The notes under the pieces are model-generated. The model did not search any database and was not told the DNA's origin. It worked only from the letters and a program-made list of their open reading frames with translations. 64,000 nt of DNA from an uncultured Spirochaetaceae bacterium (GTDB lineage: Bacteria; Myxococcota_A; UBA9160; UBA4427), in the NCBI GenBank assembly GCA_964474355.1, contig CAYYSY010000172.1, forward strand, positions 16,526 through 80,525, written 5' to 3'. Numbering within the stretch: position 1 is the first letter of the stretch; each line of letters opens with the position of its first letter. This document shows positions 8,814 to 17,068 of this stretch, in pieces. A program made the position numbers and the translations under genes.

Positions 8814-8996
8814 ATGGCCGTACCGAAGCGAAAGACCTCGAAGGCGAAGCGCGACAAGCGCCGCAGTCACGATGGCCTGTCGAGCCCCGCTCGCAGCAAC
8901 TGCCCCCAGTGCGGCGCACCGAAGGTGCCCCACCGCATCTGTGGCAGCTGCGGCGAGTACAAGGGCCAGACCGTGATCGAGATCGACGAGGATTAG
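8814..8996 (+). CDS. rpmF: 50S ribosomal protein L32
   Basis: [19 protein letters not shown]... with CPQCG...CGSCG zinc ribbon, 60 aa. Confidence 0.95.
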   Translation: MAVPKRKTSKAKRDKRRSHDGLSSPARSNCPQCGAPKVPHRICGSCGEYKGQTVIEIDED

Positions 8997-9003
8997 TCGG
9001 CAC

Positions 9004-9948
9004 GTGCTGTCGCTCCTCTTCCCCGGTCAGGGGTCCCAGTCCGTCGGTATGGGCCGGGACGCCTTCGATGCGTCCCCGGCTGCGCGCGCCGTGTTCGAGG
9101 CGGCGGACGACGCGCTCGGCTTCTCGCTCTCGAAGCTCTGCTTCGAAGGGCCCGAAGACCAGCTCGTCCGCACCGAGAACCAGCAGCCCGCGATTCTGGC
9201 GACGAGCATCGCGCTGCTCCGCGCGCTCGAAGCCGAGGTGGAGCTCGCGCCCGCATATGTCGGCGGGCACAGCCTCGGCGAGTACTCGGCGCTCGTCGCC
9301 GCCGGCGCGATCGGCTTCGAAGACGCGGTGCGCACCGTCGCGAGCCGCGGCCGCTTCATGCAGGACGCCGTGCCCCAGGGCGAGGGCGCGATGGCGGCCG
9401 TCATGGGCGCGACACCCGAAGAAGTCGGCGCCGCCTGCAAGGCCGCCGCTGACGAGCTCGGTCGCGTGGTCACGCCCGCCAACTACAACAGCGGTGCGCA
9501 GACCGTGATCGCCGGAAACACCGATGCCGTTGCCCTCGCCTGTCAGAAGGCGAGCGACGCGGGCGCGAAACGCACCGTCGACCTGCCGGTATCCGCCCCG
9601 TTCCACTGCGCGCTCATGGCGCCTGCGGCCGAGCAGCTCACGCCGCTCCTCGATGCCCTGGCGGTCGAGAAGCCGCGCCTCCCCATCGTCACCAATGTCG
9701 AGGCCGAGCCCAACGAAGATCCCGCGCGCGTGGCGGCGCTGCTCCGCGAGCAGGTGACCGCACCCGTGCGCTTCACCGAGATGATCCAGCGGCTGACCGG
9801 ACTCGGGGTCACCCACTACCTCGAGGTCGGGCCCGGGCGGGTCCTCTCGGGTCTCGTGGCTCGAATCGAGCGGCGCTCGAAGCGCGCGAGCTTCGGCAGC
9901 ATCGAAGATCTCGAGGACGTCAAGGCCTTCCTGAGCGAGGGTGGCTGA
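9004..9948 (+). CDS. fabD: malonyl-CoA:ACP transacylase
   Basis: [18 protein letters not shown] active-site motif, 314 aa, GTG start. Confidence 0.95.
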   Translation: MLSLLFPGQGSQSVGMGRDAFDASPAARAVFEAADDALGFSLSKLCFEGPEDQLVRTENQQPAILATSIALLRALEAEVELAPAYVGGHSLGEYSALVAAGAIGFEDAVRTVASRGRFMQDAVPQGEGAMAAVMGATPEEVGAACKAAADELGRVVTPANYNSGAQTVIAGNTDAVALACQKASDAGAKRTVDLPVSAPFHCALMAPAAEQLTPLLDALAVEKPRLPIVTNVEAEPNEDPARVAALLREQVTAPVRFTEMIQRLTGLGVTHYLEVGPGRVLSGLVARIERRSKRASFGSIEDLEDVKAFLSEGG

Positions 9949-10103
9949 GAAGTCGAGTCGTCTCTGAACGGGGTCTGAGGTGCTCCACGCGACGATCCGG
10001 CGGGCGGGTCGTGCAGAAATCGGCAAGAATCCGGGGGACCGGCGCGGCGAAAGGCCGTTCGGTCGCGGCTCTGTTTCTGGATCCAGTTCGGAGGTTCGAA
10101 GGC

Positions 10104-10358
10104 ATGGCGTCAGGCGAAGCGGGATCGCTCGAAGAGCGCGTGACCGGTCTGATCGTGGAACAGCTCGGCGTGTCGGCCGAGGAGGCGAGCCTGAAGGCCT
10201 CCTTCATCGAGGACCTCGGTGCCGACTCTCTCGACATCGTCGAGCTCGTCATGTCGTTCGAAGAGAACTTCGACATCGAGATCCCCGACGAGGACGCCGA
10301 GAAGATCCAGACGATCGGCGACGTCGTCACCTATCTCCAAGAGCACGTCGAGGCCTAG
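10104..10358 (+). CDS. acpP: acyl carrier protein
   Basis: [15 protein letters not shown] phosphopantetheine-attachment motif. Start at MASGEAGS (10104) inside the longer ORF-track frame. Confidence 0.95.
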   Translation: MASGEAGSLEERVTGLIVEQLGVSAEEASLKASFIEDLGADSLDIVELVMSFEENFDIEIPDEDAEKIQTIGDVVTYLQEHVEA

Positions 10359-10362
10359 GAAG

Positions 10363-11619
10363 TTGCCGGATCGCGATCCGTCGCAGCGGGTCGTCGTCAC
10401 CGGCCTGGGTTGCGCGTCGCCGCTCGGACTCTCCGTCACCGAGACGTGGGACGCCGCGATCGCTGGCCGCTCTGGCGCCGCCACGATCCAGGCCTTCGAC
10501 CCCGAAGGCTATGCCTCCACCATCGCCGCCGAGGTGAAGGGCGACCTCGATCTCGGGGACGTCGAGCCGAAGGAGGCCCGGCGCATGGACCGGGTCGTCA
10601 AGCTCGCGTTGCACGCGACCCGCGAGGCGTTGATCGACTCGAAGCTCGAAGTGAGCGACGCCAATCGCGACCGGGTCGGCGTCGCCGTCGGCTCGGGCAT
10701 CGGCGGCCTCGAGACGCTCACCTCCAATCAGAACACGTTGATGGAGAAGGGCCCGCGCCGCGTCTCGCCGTTCACCATTCCGATGTCCATCGCGAACATG
10801 CCGAGTGGCCTGATCTCGCTCACGCACGGCCTGCGTGGACCCAACCTCTGCCACGTGAGCGCGTGCGCGACCGGTGCCCACGCGCTGGGCGAGTGCATGC
10901 ACTTGATCGCGCGCGGCCAGGCCGACGTCATGGTCGCCGGCGGCAGCGAAGCGCCGATCCAGCCGCTCGGCGTCGCGGGCTTCGCGGCGATGAAGGCGCT
11001 GACCACGCGCAACGACGAGCCCGAGCGGGCGAGCCGCCCCTTCGATCGCGGCCGCGACGGGTTCCTGATCGGCGAGGGCGCCACCGTCCTCGTGCTCGAG
11101 AGCCTCGCGCATGCCCGGGCGCGCGGGGCGCGCATCCATGCCGAGATCGTGGGATACGCGGCCACCGCCGACGCCCACCACATGGTAGCTCCCGATCCCG
11201 ACGGAGCCGGCGCGGCGCGCTGCATGCAGCTCGCCGTGGAGAGCGCCGGGCTCCCGCTCGAGTCCATCGACCACGTGAACGCGCACGCGACCAGCACGCC
11301 GGCGGGCGACCCCACCGAGGTGAAGGCGCTGCGGACCGTGTTCGGCGACCACGCCGACCGCATCGCCGTGTCTGCAACGAAGTCGATGACGGGCCATCTG
11401 CTGGGCGCCGCGGGCGCGCTCGAGGCGCTCTTCTGCATCAAGGCGCTCGAGACGGGGGTACTTCCGCCGACGATCAACCTCGAGGACGTCGACGACGGCT
11501 GCGCCCTCGACCACGTCGCGAACGTGGCGCGGACGCAGTCGATCGCCGTCGCGCTCTCCAACTCGTTCGGCTTCGGCGGCACCAACGCCGCGCTCGTCAT
11601 CACCCGGCCCGATCTCTGA
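10363..11619 (+). CDS. fabF: 3-oxoacyl-ACP synthase II
   Basis: RVVVTGLG..., active-site ACATG, and the HATSTPAGD / NSFGFGGTNA motifs. Proposed TTG start is 5 nt after the acpP stop, so the start is uncertain. Confidence 0.9.
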   Translation: MPDRDPSQRVVVTGLGCASPLGLSVTETWDAAIAGRSGAATIQAFDPEGYASTIAAEVKGDLDLGDVEPKEARRMDRVVKLALHATREALIDSKLEVSDANRDRVGVAVGSGIGGLETLTSNQNTLMEKGPRRVSPFTIPMSIANMPSGLISLTHGLRGPNLCHVSACATGAHALGECMHLIARGQADVMVAGGSEAPIQPLGVAGFAAMKALTTRNDEPERASRPFDRGRDGFLIGEGATVLVLESLAHARARGARIHAEIVGYAATADAHHMVAPDPDGAGAARCMQLAVESAGLPLESIDHVNAHATSTPAGDPTEVKALRTVFGDHADRIAVSATKSMTGHLLGAAGALEALFCIKALETGVLPPTINLEDVDDGCALDHVANVARTQSIAVALSNSFGFGGTNAALVITRPDL

Positions 11620-11752
11620 GCCCGGGCGCGCTGATGGTCACCCGGCCCGATCTCTGAGCCCGGGCCCCCCGATCTTCACTCGGCCCGATCTCCGAGCCCG
11701 GGCCCCCCGATCTTCACCCGGTCCGATCTCCGAGCCCGGGCGCGCTGGGCGC
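11601..11752. repeat. 4 x 38-bp tandem repeat starting inside the last fabF codons
   Basis: Units 11601-11638, 11639-11676, 11677-11714 and 11715-11752 (cacccggcccgatctcTGAgcccgggc...). Units 1-2 keep TGA; units 3-4 have CGA instead. Confidence 0.9.
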
Positions 11753-11940
11753 GCCGATTCGCTGCATCGGGCCTGCCGGTCGCCTGTGCGGCGGAACCCC
11801 GATGGCCCGTCCGCTATCCTCCGCGCCAACCCGAAAGCCCCGCGCCCGTCCGTCCGCCGTGCCGTGCCCCGATCCCGCCATGCCCCCACATGACGAGATG
11901 TCCCGGGGCCGCTCGTCCGGCGGTTCGAAAGGACCCCTCG

Positions 11941-13209
11941 ATGCCCGACAGCCCCACCCCGAACATGGACCGCGTCGATTCCGAGATCGCCGGACTCGTG
12001 CGCCGGGAGGGACGCCGGCAGGCGCTCTCGATCGAGCTGATCGCGTCCGAGAACTTCGTCTCCGAGGCAGTGCTCGAGGCGGTGGGCTCGGTGCTCACGA
12101 ACAAGTACGCCGAGGGCTACCCCGGGCGCCGCTACTACGGCGGCTGCGACGTCGTCGATCAGGTCGAGCAGCTCGCCATCGACCGCGCCAAGCAGCTCTT
12201 CGGCGCAGATCACGCGAACGTGCAGCCGCACTCGGGCTCCCAGGCCAACGCAGCCGTCTACCACGCGTTGCTCCAGCCCGGCGACACCGTCCTCGCCATG
12301 AACCTCGATCACGGCGGCCACCTGACGCACGGCTCGCCCGTCAACTTCTCGGGCAAGACCTACACGATCGTGCCCTACGGCGTGTCGCGCGAGAACGAAA
12401 CCATCGACATGGACGAGCTGCGAAGGCTCGCTCTCGAACATCGTCCGAAGATGATCCAGTGCGGTGCCACCGCGTACTCGCGCATCATCGACTTCCCCGC
12501 GTTTCGCGCCATCGCCGACGAGGTCGGTGCGCTGCTCTTCGCCGACATCGCCCACATCGCGGGCCTCGTCGCTGCGGGCGTGCACCCGACCCCGATCGGC
12601 CACGCGCACGTCGTGACCACGACCACGCACAAGACCCTGCGCGGCCCGCGCGGCGGTCTCATCATGTGCGACGCCGACTTCGCGAAGAAGATCAACAGCG
12701 CGATCTTCCCGGGCCTGCAGGGTGGGCCGCTCATGCACGTCATCGCGGGCAAGGCGGTCGCGTTCAAGGAGGCGCTCTCGCCCGAGTTCAAGGGCTACGC
12801 CGAGGCGATCGTCGCCAACGCTCACACCCTGGCCGAGGCGCTGCAGGGCCACGATCACAAGATCGTTGCGGGCGGCACGGACAACCACCTCTTCCTGCTC
12901 TCGTTGATCGGGAAGGACGTGACGGGCAAGGCGGCGCAGCTCTCGCTCGACGAGGCCGGCATCACCGCGAACAAGAACATGGTGCCCTTCGATCCCGAGA
13001 AGCCGATGGTCACGTCCGGCGTGCGCATGGGCACACCGGCGGTCACGACTCGCGGCATGGGCACGCCCGAGATGGAGCGCATCGCCGGCTTCATCCACCG
13101 GGTGCTCGAGCACCCCGGCGACGTCGCAGAGCTCGCACGGATCCGCGGCGAGGTCGAGGAGCTCTGCCGCGCGTTCCCGCTCTACGCGAGCCGCTGGACG
13201 GACGAGTAG
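11941..13209 (+). CDS. glyA: serine hydroxymethyltransferase
   Basis: [23 protein letters not shown] (PLP-Lys motif). Start at MPDSPTP. Confidence 0.95.
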   Translation: MPDSPTPNMDRVDSEIAGLVRREGRRQALSIELIASENFVSEAVLEAVGSVLTNKYAEGYPGRRYYGGCDVVDQVEQLAIDRAKQLFGADHANVQPHSGSQANAAVYHALLQPGDTVLAMNLDHGGHLTHGSPVNFSGKTYTIVPYGVSRENETIDMDELRRLALEHRPKMIQCGATAYSRIIDFPAFRAIADEVGALLFADIAHIAGLVAAGVHPTPIGHAHVVTTTTHKTLRGPRGGLIMCDADFAKKINSAIFPGLQGGPLMHVIAGKAVAFKEALSPEFKGYAEAIVANAHTLAEALQGHDHKIVAGGTDNHLFLLSLIGKDVTGKAAQLSLDEAGITANKNMVPFDPEKPMVTSGVRMGTPAVTTRGMGTPEMERIAGFIHRVLEHPGDVAELARIRGEVEELCRAFPLYASRWTDE

Positions 13210-13219
13210 GGGGCCCCGC

Positions 13220-13720
13220 TTGCGCTGTCCGTACTGCGGCGACGACGGGAACCGGGTGATCGACAGCCGGGTGGCGAAGGGGCTGTCGGAGATCCGTCGC
13301 CGGCGCGAGTGCGAGGAGTGCGGGCGACGCTTCACGACACGCGAGCGTGTCGAAGAGACCCTCCCGAAGGTGATCAAGCGCGACGAGCGTCGCGAGGAGT
13401 ACGACCGCGCGAAGCTCGTCCACGGGCTCGAGAATGCGTGCGTCAAGCGACCGGTCTCGGCCGACGCCATCGAGCGACTCGTCGAGCGCGTCGAGCGGCG
13501 TCTGCAGGAGAGCGGCGCTGCCGAGGTGTCGACCCAGGAGATCGGGGAGCGGCTGCTCGAGGGGCTCGTCGCGATCGACACCGTCGCCGCGGTGCGTTTC
13601 GCGTCCGTGTTCCGGAACTTCGAGAGCACCGAGGACTACGCTGCGTTCTTCGAGCGCCTCGGCGACTCGGAGGGCCCGCGCCCGCCGCTGAGGGTGGCGG
13701 GTGACGAGGGCGGCGGGTGA
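13220..13720 (+). CDS. nrdR: transcriptional repressor NrdR
   Basis: (M)RCPYCGDDGNRVIDSR...RRRECEECGRRFTTRERVE zinc ribbon plus ATP-cone. TTG start. Confidence 0.95.
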   Translation: MRCPYCGDDGNRVIDSRVAKGLSEIRRRRECEECGRRFTTRERVEETLPKVIKRDERREEYDRAKLVHGLENACVKRPVSADAIERLVERVERRLQESGAAEVSTQEIGERLLEGLVAIDTVAAVRFASVFRNFESTEDYAAFFERLGDSEGPRPPLRVAGDEGGG

Positions 13721-13830
13721 GCGCTGCTCGCGACCGCGCCAAGCAAGGACAGCGGGTGAGCGCTGCTCGTAACCGCGCCAAGCGAGGACAGCGGGTGAGC
13801 GCGCGAAACGGGGACAGCGTGTGAGCGACG
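13713..13830. repeat. tandem copies of the nrdR-stop / ribD-start junction (2 x 39 bp plus 2 partial)
   Basis: gcggGTGAgcgctgctcg..ccgcgccaagc.aggaca at 13713-13751 and 13752-13790; truncated copy at 13791-13816. The final copy gcgtGTGAgcgac carries the ribD GTG (13821). Confidence 0.9.
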
Positions 13831-14981
13831 CGGCGCGACTGGAGGCGATGATGCGGCTCGCGCTGGCGAGCGGTCGTCGCGGCCTCGGCATCACCCATCC
13901 CAACCCGAGCGTCGGCGCCGTGGTCTTCCGCGGTGATCGCGTGCTCGGCCGCGGTCATACGCGCCCGCCCGGTGGCCCCCATGCCGAGGTCGTAGCCCTG
14001 CGCGCGGCCACCCGCCGTCACGGCGCCGCGGCCGTACGGGGTGCCTCGATGGCGGTGACCCTCGAGCCCTGCTGCTTCACCGGCCGGACACCGCCTTGCA
14101 CCGAAGCGATCCTCGATGCTGGCATCGCCCGGGTGGCGGTGGGGATGCGCGACCCGCATCCGCGTGTGAAGGGCCGCGGGAGCCAGCGCCTCGAAGCGGC
14201 GGGGGTGCGTGTGGTGCGCGACGTCCTCGAGGCCGAGTGCCGCGAGCTGCACCGCGGCTTCTCTTCGCTGTGCGAGCGTGGGCGCCCCTTCGTGACGCTG
14301 AAGCTCGCGACGAGCCTCGACGGTCGCATCGCCACGGCCAGCGGCGAGTCGCGCTGGATCACGGGCGCCGAGGCGCGTCGTTTCGTCCACCGGCTGCGCG
14401 CGCGCGTCGATGCTGTGATGGTCGGCTCGGGGACCGCGCTCGCCGACGACCCCGATCTCACGGCCCGTCACGGCGATCGCGTCCTGCGCCGGCCGGATCG
14501 GGTGCTGGTCGACTCGCGGCTCCGCGTGCCCGCGAGCGCGCGCCTTCACATGGGCCACGCCGGCGCGCGGACCCTGGTGCTGGCCTCTGCGCGAGCGCGC
14601 GGTCGCAAGGCGATCGAGGCATCGGGCTCCGAGCTCGTCGAGGTGCCCGGCCGGACCGGCGCACTCGATCTCGAGCGCGGGCTCGAGCTGCTGGGAGAGG
14701 CCGGTCTCACGACCGTGCTGGTCGAGGGCGGGGGCGGCCTCGCGGCCGCGTTGCTGCGGGCGGGGCTCGTCGACGAGCTGCACTGGATCATCGCGCCGAA
14801 GCTCCTGGGCGGCGACGCCGCGCCGGCGCTCGGTCCCCTCGAGCTCGCGAAGCTCTCCGATGCGCCCGAGCTCGAGGTGCTTCGGACAAGGCGCCTCGGA
14901 CGTGATACACACGTGCACGCGCGGCCAGTTGCAGTCGCAGTCGAGCGTGCCCGACGCCGGCCTTCGCGAGGCTCCCAGTGA
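13821..14981 (+). CDS. ribD: bifunctional riboflavin deaminase/reductase
   Basis: HAEVVAL and TLEPCCFTGRTPPC (CMP/dCMP deaminase zinc site), plus a C-terminal RibD reductase domain. GTG start. Confidence 0.9.
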   Translation: MSDAARLEAMMRLALASGRRGLGITHPNPSVGAVVFRGDRVLGRGHTRPPGGPHAEVVALRAATRRHGAAAVRGASMAVTLEPCCFTGRTPPCTEAILDAGIARVAVGMRDPHPRVKGRGSQRLEAAGVRVVRDVLEAECRELHRGFSSLCERGRPFVTLKLATSLDGRIATASGESRWITGAEARRFVHRLRARVDAVMVGSGTALADDPDLTARHGDRVLRRPDRVLVDSRLRVPASARLHMGHAGARTLVLASARARGRKAIEASGSELVEVPGRTGALDLERGLELLGEAGLTTVLVEGGGGLAAALLRAGLVDELHWIIAPKLLGGDAAPALGPLELAKLSDAPELEVLRTRRLGRDTHVHARPVAVAVERARRRPSRGSQ

Positions 14982-15487
14982 ACGTCTATCCCTCGAATCT
15001 CGACGCATCCGGGCTGCGCTTCGCGGTCGTGGTCTCGCGCTTCAACCACCCGATCAGCGCGGCGCTGCTGGAGGGCTGCGTGGAGACGCTCGAGTCGCGG
15101 GGCGCCTCGAGCGACGACGTCGACGTCGCCTGGGTGCCGGGCGCGTTCGAGATTCCGCAGGCGTGTCGCGTCCTCGCGGAGACGGGGCGTTACCACGCAC
15201 TCGTGACCCTGGGCTCGGTGATTCGCGGCGGCACTCCGCACTTCGACTACGTCTGCATCGGTGTCACCGACGGCGTGCGCGAGGTCATGCGCGACACCGG
15301 TGTACCGGTGGCCTTCGGCGTGCTGACCCTCGACGACGTCGATCAGGCTCTCGAGCGCACCGGTGGCTCGCACGGTCACAAGGGCGAGGAGGTCGCGCTC
15401 GCTGCCATCGAGATGGCCCGTCTCGTCCCCGAGCTTGCGCGGGGCGCGCGGGCGCACGTGCCGACCCGCGTGAAGGAGGTCGGCTGA
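14978..15487 (+). CDS. ribH: 6,7-dimethyl-8-ribityllumazine synthase
   Basis: RFAVVVSRFN..., WVPGAFEIP, GSVIRGGTPHFDYV. GTGA overlap with ribD. Confidence 0.9.
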   Translation: MNVYPSNLDASGLRFAVVVSRFNHPISAALLEGCVETLESRGASSDDVDVAWVPGAFEIPQACRVLAETGRYHALVTLGSVIRGGTPHFDYVCIGVTDGVREVMRDTGVPVAFGVLTLDDVDQALERTGGSHGHKGEEVALAAIEMARLVPELARGARAHVPTRVKEVG

Positions 15488-15547
15488 GCCGTGACCGCGA
15501 CCCTTAGAGCAGAGGTCCGCTGAGCGATGGCCGCCGCGAGCTCGAAG
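15476..15547. repeat. two imperfect 36-bp copies of the ribH-stop / nusB-start junction
   Basis: gaggtcggcTGAgccGTGaccgc (15476-) versus gaggtccgcTGAgcgATGgccgc (15512-). About 20 of the first 26 positions are identical by hand alignment. Confidence 0.75.
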
Positions 15548-16159
15548 TCTGCTTCGCGCCACAAGGCGCGTGAGCTCGCGTTGCAGGTGCTCTATGCCGT
15601 CGATCACTCCGAGGGCGCACGGGCGCGCAAGGCTTCGAGTGATGCGTCGGCGGATGTGGGGGCCTCCGATGCCGGCAGTGAGCCGGGGGCGCCCGCCGAG
15701 CCCGCCGAGCCCGCTGAGCCGAGCGTGCCCGAGCGCAGGCGGCGGCTCCCGGTGGAGCTCCCCGGGCGAGGCCCGAGGCCGAAGGCGCCGATGTGGGCAC
15801 CCTCCGAACCGGCCACTCCGGAGCAGACCTTCGACGCCATCGCCGAGCACTTCGAGATGGCCGCCGGCGCCCGCGCCTTCGCCCGCGAGCTGGCGCTCGA
15901 GACCCATGCGCGTGAGAAGGAGCTCGACGCGCTGATCGGCGCCCACGCCCGCAACTGGCGCGTCGACCGCATGGCCGTGGTCGATCGCAACATCCTGCGC
16001 CTGGCGACCTGGGAGCTGAGATTCAGCGACACGCCGACCGCCGTCGTGCTCGACGAGGCGGTGAACCTCGCCCGCCGCTTCGGCGACGACCCTTCACCGG
16101 GCTTCGTGAACGGCATCCTCGACGCCATCGCCCAGGGTGTGCGACCGGCGCCGGCGTGA
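15527..16159 (+). CDS. nusB: transcription antitermination factor NusB with a ~70-aa low-complexity insertion
   Basis: SRHKARELALQVLYAVD ... DRMAVVDRNILRLATWEL ... VVLDEAVNLARRFG. 210 aa, against roughly 140 aa typical for NusB. Confidence 0.85.
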   Translation: MAAASSKSASRHKARELALQVLYAVDHSEGARARKASSDASADVGASDAGSEPGAPAEPAEPAEPSVPERRRRLPVELPGRGPRPKAPMWAPSEPATPEQTFDAIAEHFEMAAGARAFARELALETHAREKELDALIGAHARNWRVDRMAVVDRNILRLATWELRFSDTPTAVVLDEAVNLARRFGDDPSPGFVNGILDAIAQGVRPAPA

Positions 16160-16304
16160 GCACACACGCCGGTTTCGTGAGGAGCGCCGTCGCCCCCGCT
16201 CCCACGTTCTTCGGGACGATTGCCATCGACGCTGCGCCCACGCATTTGGTGACGAACGTCCTCGACGTCCCCGACCGGGGCGTGCGACCATCGCCGGTGT
16301 GAGC
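16103..16304. repeat. diverged duplicate of the nusB 3' end, offset 143 bp
   Basis: 16103-16161 versus 16246-16304: 44 of 59 nt identical by hand alignment. FVNGILDAIAQGVRPAPA* versus LVTNVLDVPDRGVRPSPV*. Weaker similarity continues further upstream. Confidence 0.8.
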
Positions 16305-16925
16305 GCACGGCTCTCGATCGAAATCGACTCGCGTCCGTTCGAGCGCGTGGACGCAGACGTCGCCGTTGCAGGCCTCTTCGAGGACGACCGGCCGCTGCGA
16401 GGTGGTGCGGCGCGCGCCGATTGGCGCCTCTGTGGGCTGCTCTCCCGCCTGATCGTCGACGAGCGCATCTCGGGCGCACCGGGGGATGCCGTGCTCGTGC
16501 CCTCGGACTCGAGGCTGCGCGCGCCGCGGGTCCTGGTCCTCGGGCTCGGACCGCGCGGCAAGCGCTCGCTCGCCCAGGTGCAGGATCTCGTACGGGATGC
16601 GGCCGACCGTGTGATCGGGCTGGGGCTCACGAAGATGGCCCTCGGGCCGATGGGCTTCGCCGGCGACGACTGGCCGCGCCACGCCGACGCGGTGGTCGGC
16701 GCCGGGCTCGAGGCCGTGAGCGCGGCCGACCGTCCGCTCGAGCTCAGCCTCGTGGTTCCGGGTGCCGCCGAGGCGCGCGCCCGCGCGAGCTTCGGCGCCG
16801 TGATCGACGCCCTCGGTCGTCCGTCGATCGAGCTCGTCCGCCGGGACGACCGCAGGGCCGCCGATGGCCCCGCGCGTCGCCGCAAGACCCCCCAGGGGTC
16901 GCCGCCGCTCCATCGATCCCCCTAG
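16299..16925 (+). CDS. hypothetical protein with peptidase-M17-N-terminal-like (macro-like) domain
   Basis: DADVAVAGLFEDD...RVLVLGLGPRGK pattern resembles the leucyl-aminopeptidase N-domain; no catalytic domain is present. The GTG start at 16299 was chosen from the junction structure and is uncertain. Confidence 0.55.
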   Translation: MSARLSIEIDSRPFERVDADVAVAGLFEDDRPLRGGAARADWRLCGLLSRLIVDERISGAPGDAVLVPSDSRLRAPRVLVLGLGPRGKRSLAQVQDLVRDAADRVIGLGLTKMALGPMGFAGDDWPRHADAVVGAGLEAVSAADRPLELSLVVPGAAEARARASFGAVIDALGRPSIELVRRDDRRAADGPARRRKTPQGSPPLHRSP

Positions 16926-17068
16926 AACCGATCGCCGATCTCCCTCCCGACCGCCTCCGTTGCGCGAGGTCTTCAAGTCGAGCTGCCTATGGCCGATGGG
17001 TTGATTCAGGCACCGGCCGGCGTCGGCGGCGTTTCTTTGCCGTCGTGCGTGTGCGTCACGGGGGGACA

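Noticed and set aside
8997-10363. Apparent absence of plsX/fabH/fabG in the rpmF-fab cluster, of ribE/ribBA between ribD and ribH, and of rpoZ between gmk and spoT.
   Set aside because: The gaps are too short to hide these genes, and they may simply be encoded elsewhere. The absences are noted as synteny differences, not anomalies I can interpret from one window.
11753-11940. Searched for a ZTP/THF-type riboswitch upstream of glyA and an FMN (RFN) element upstream of ribD (13721-13820).
   Set aside because: None of the conserved core sequences I know for these classes is present. The ribD spacer is fully explained by the junction repeats.
16421-17068. Upstream extensions of real genes in the ORF track: 16421 for the DUF4388 gene, 19658 for cheA, 28597 for cheR, 48074 for lpxI, 48754 for the oxidoreductase, 53108 for GT9, 57770 for yicC.
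   Set aside because: The extensions overlap the preceding conserved gene in another frame and translate to Arg/Pro-rich junk. Conserved N-termini with RBS-like sequences or GTGA/ATGA coupling are found downstream.
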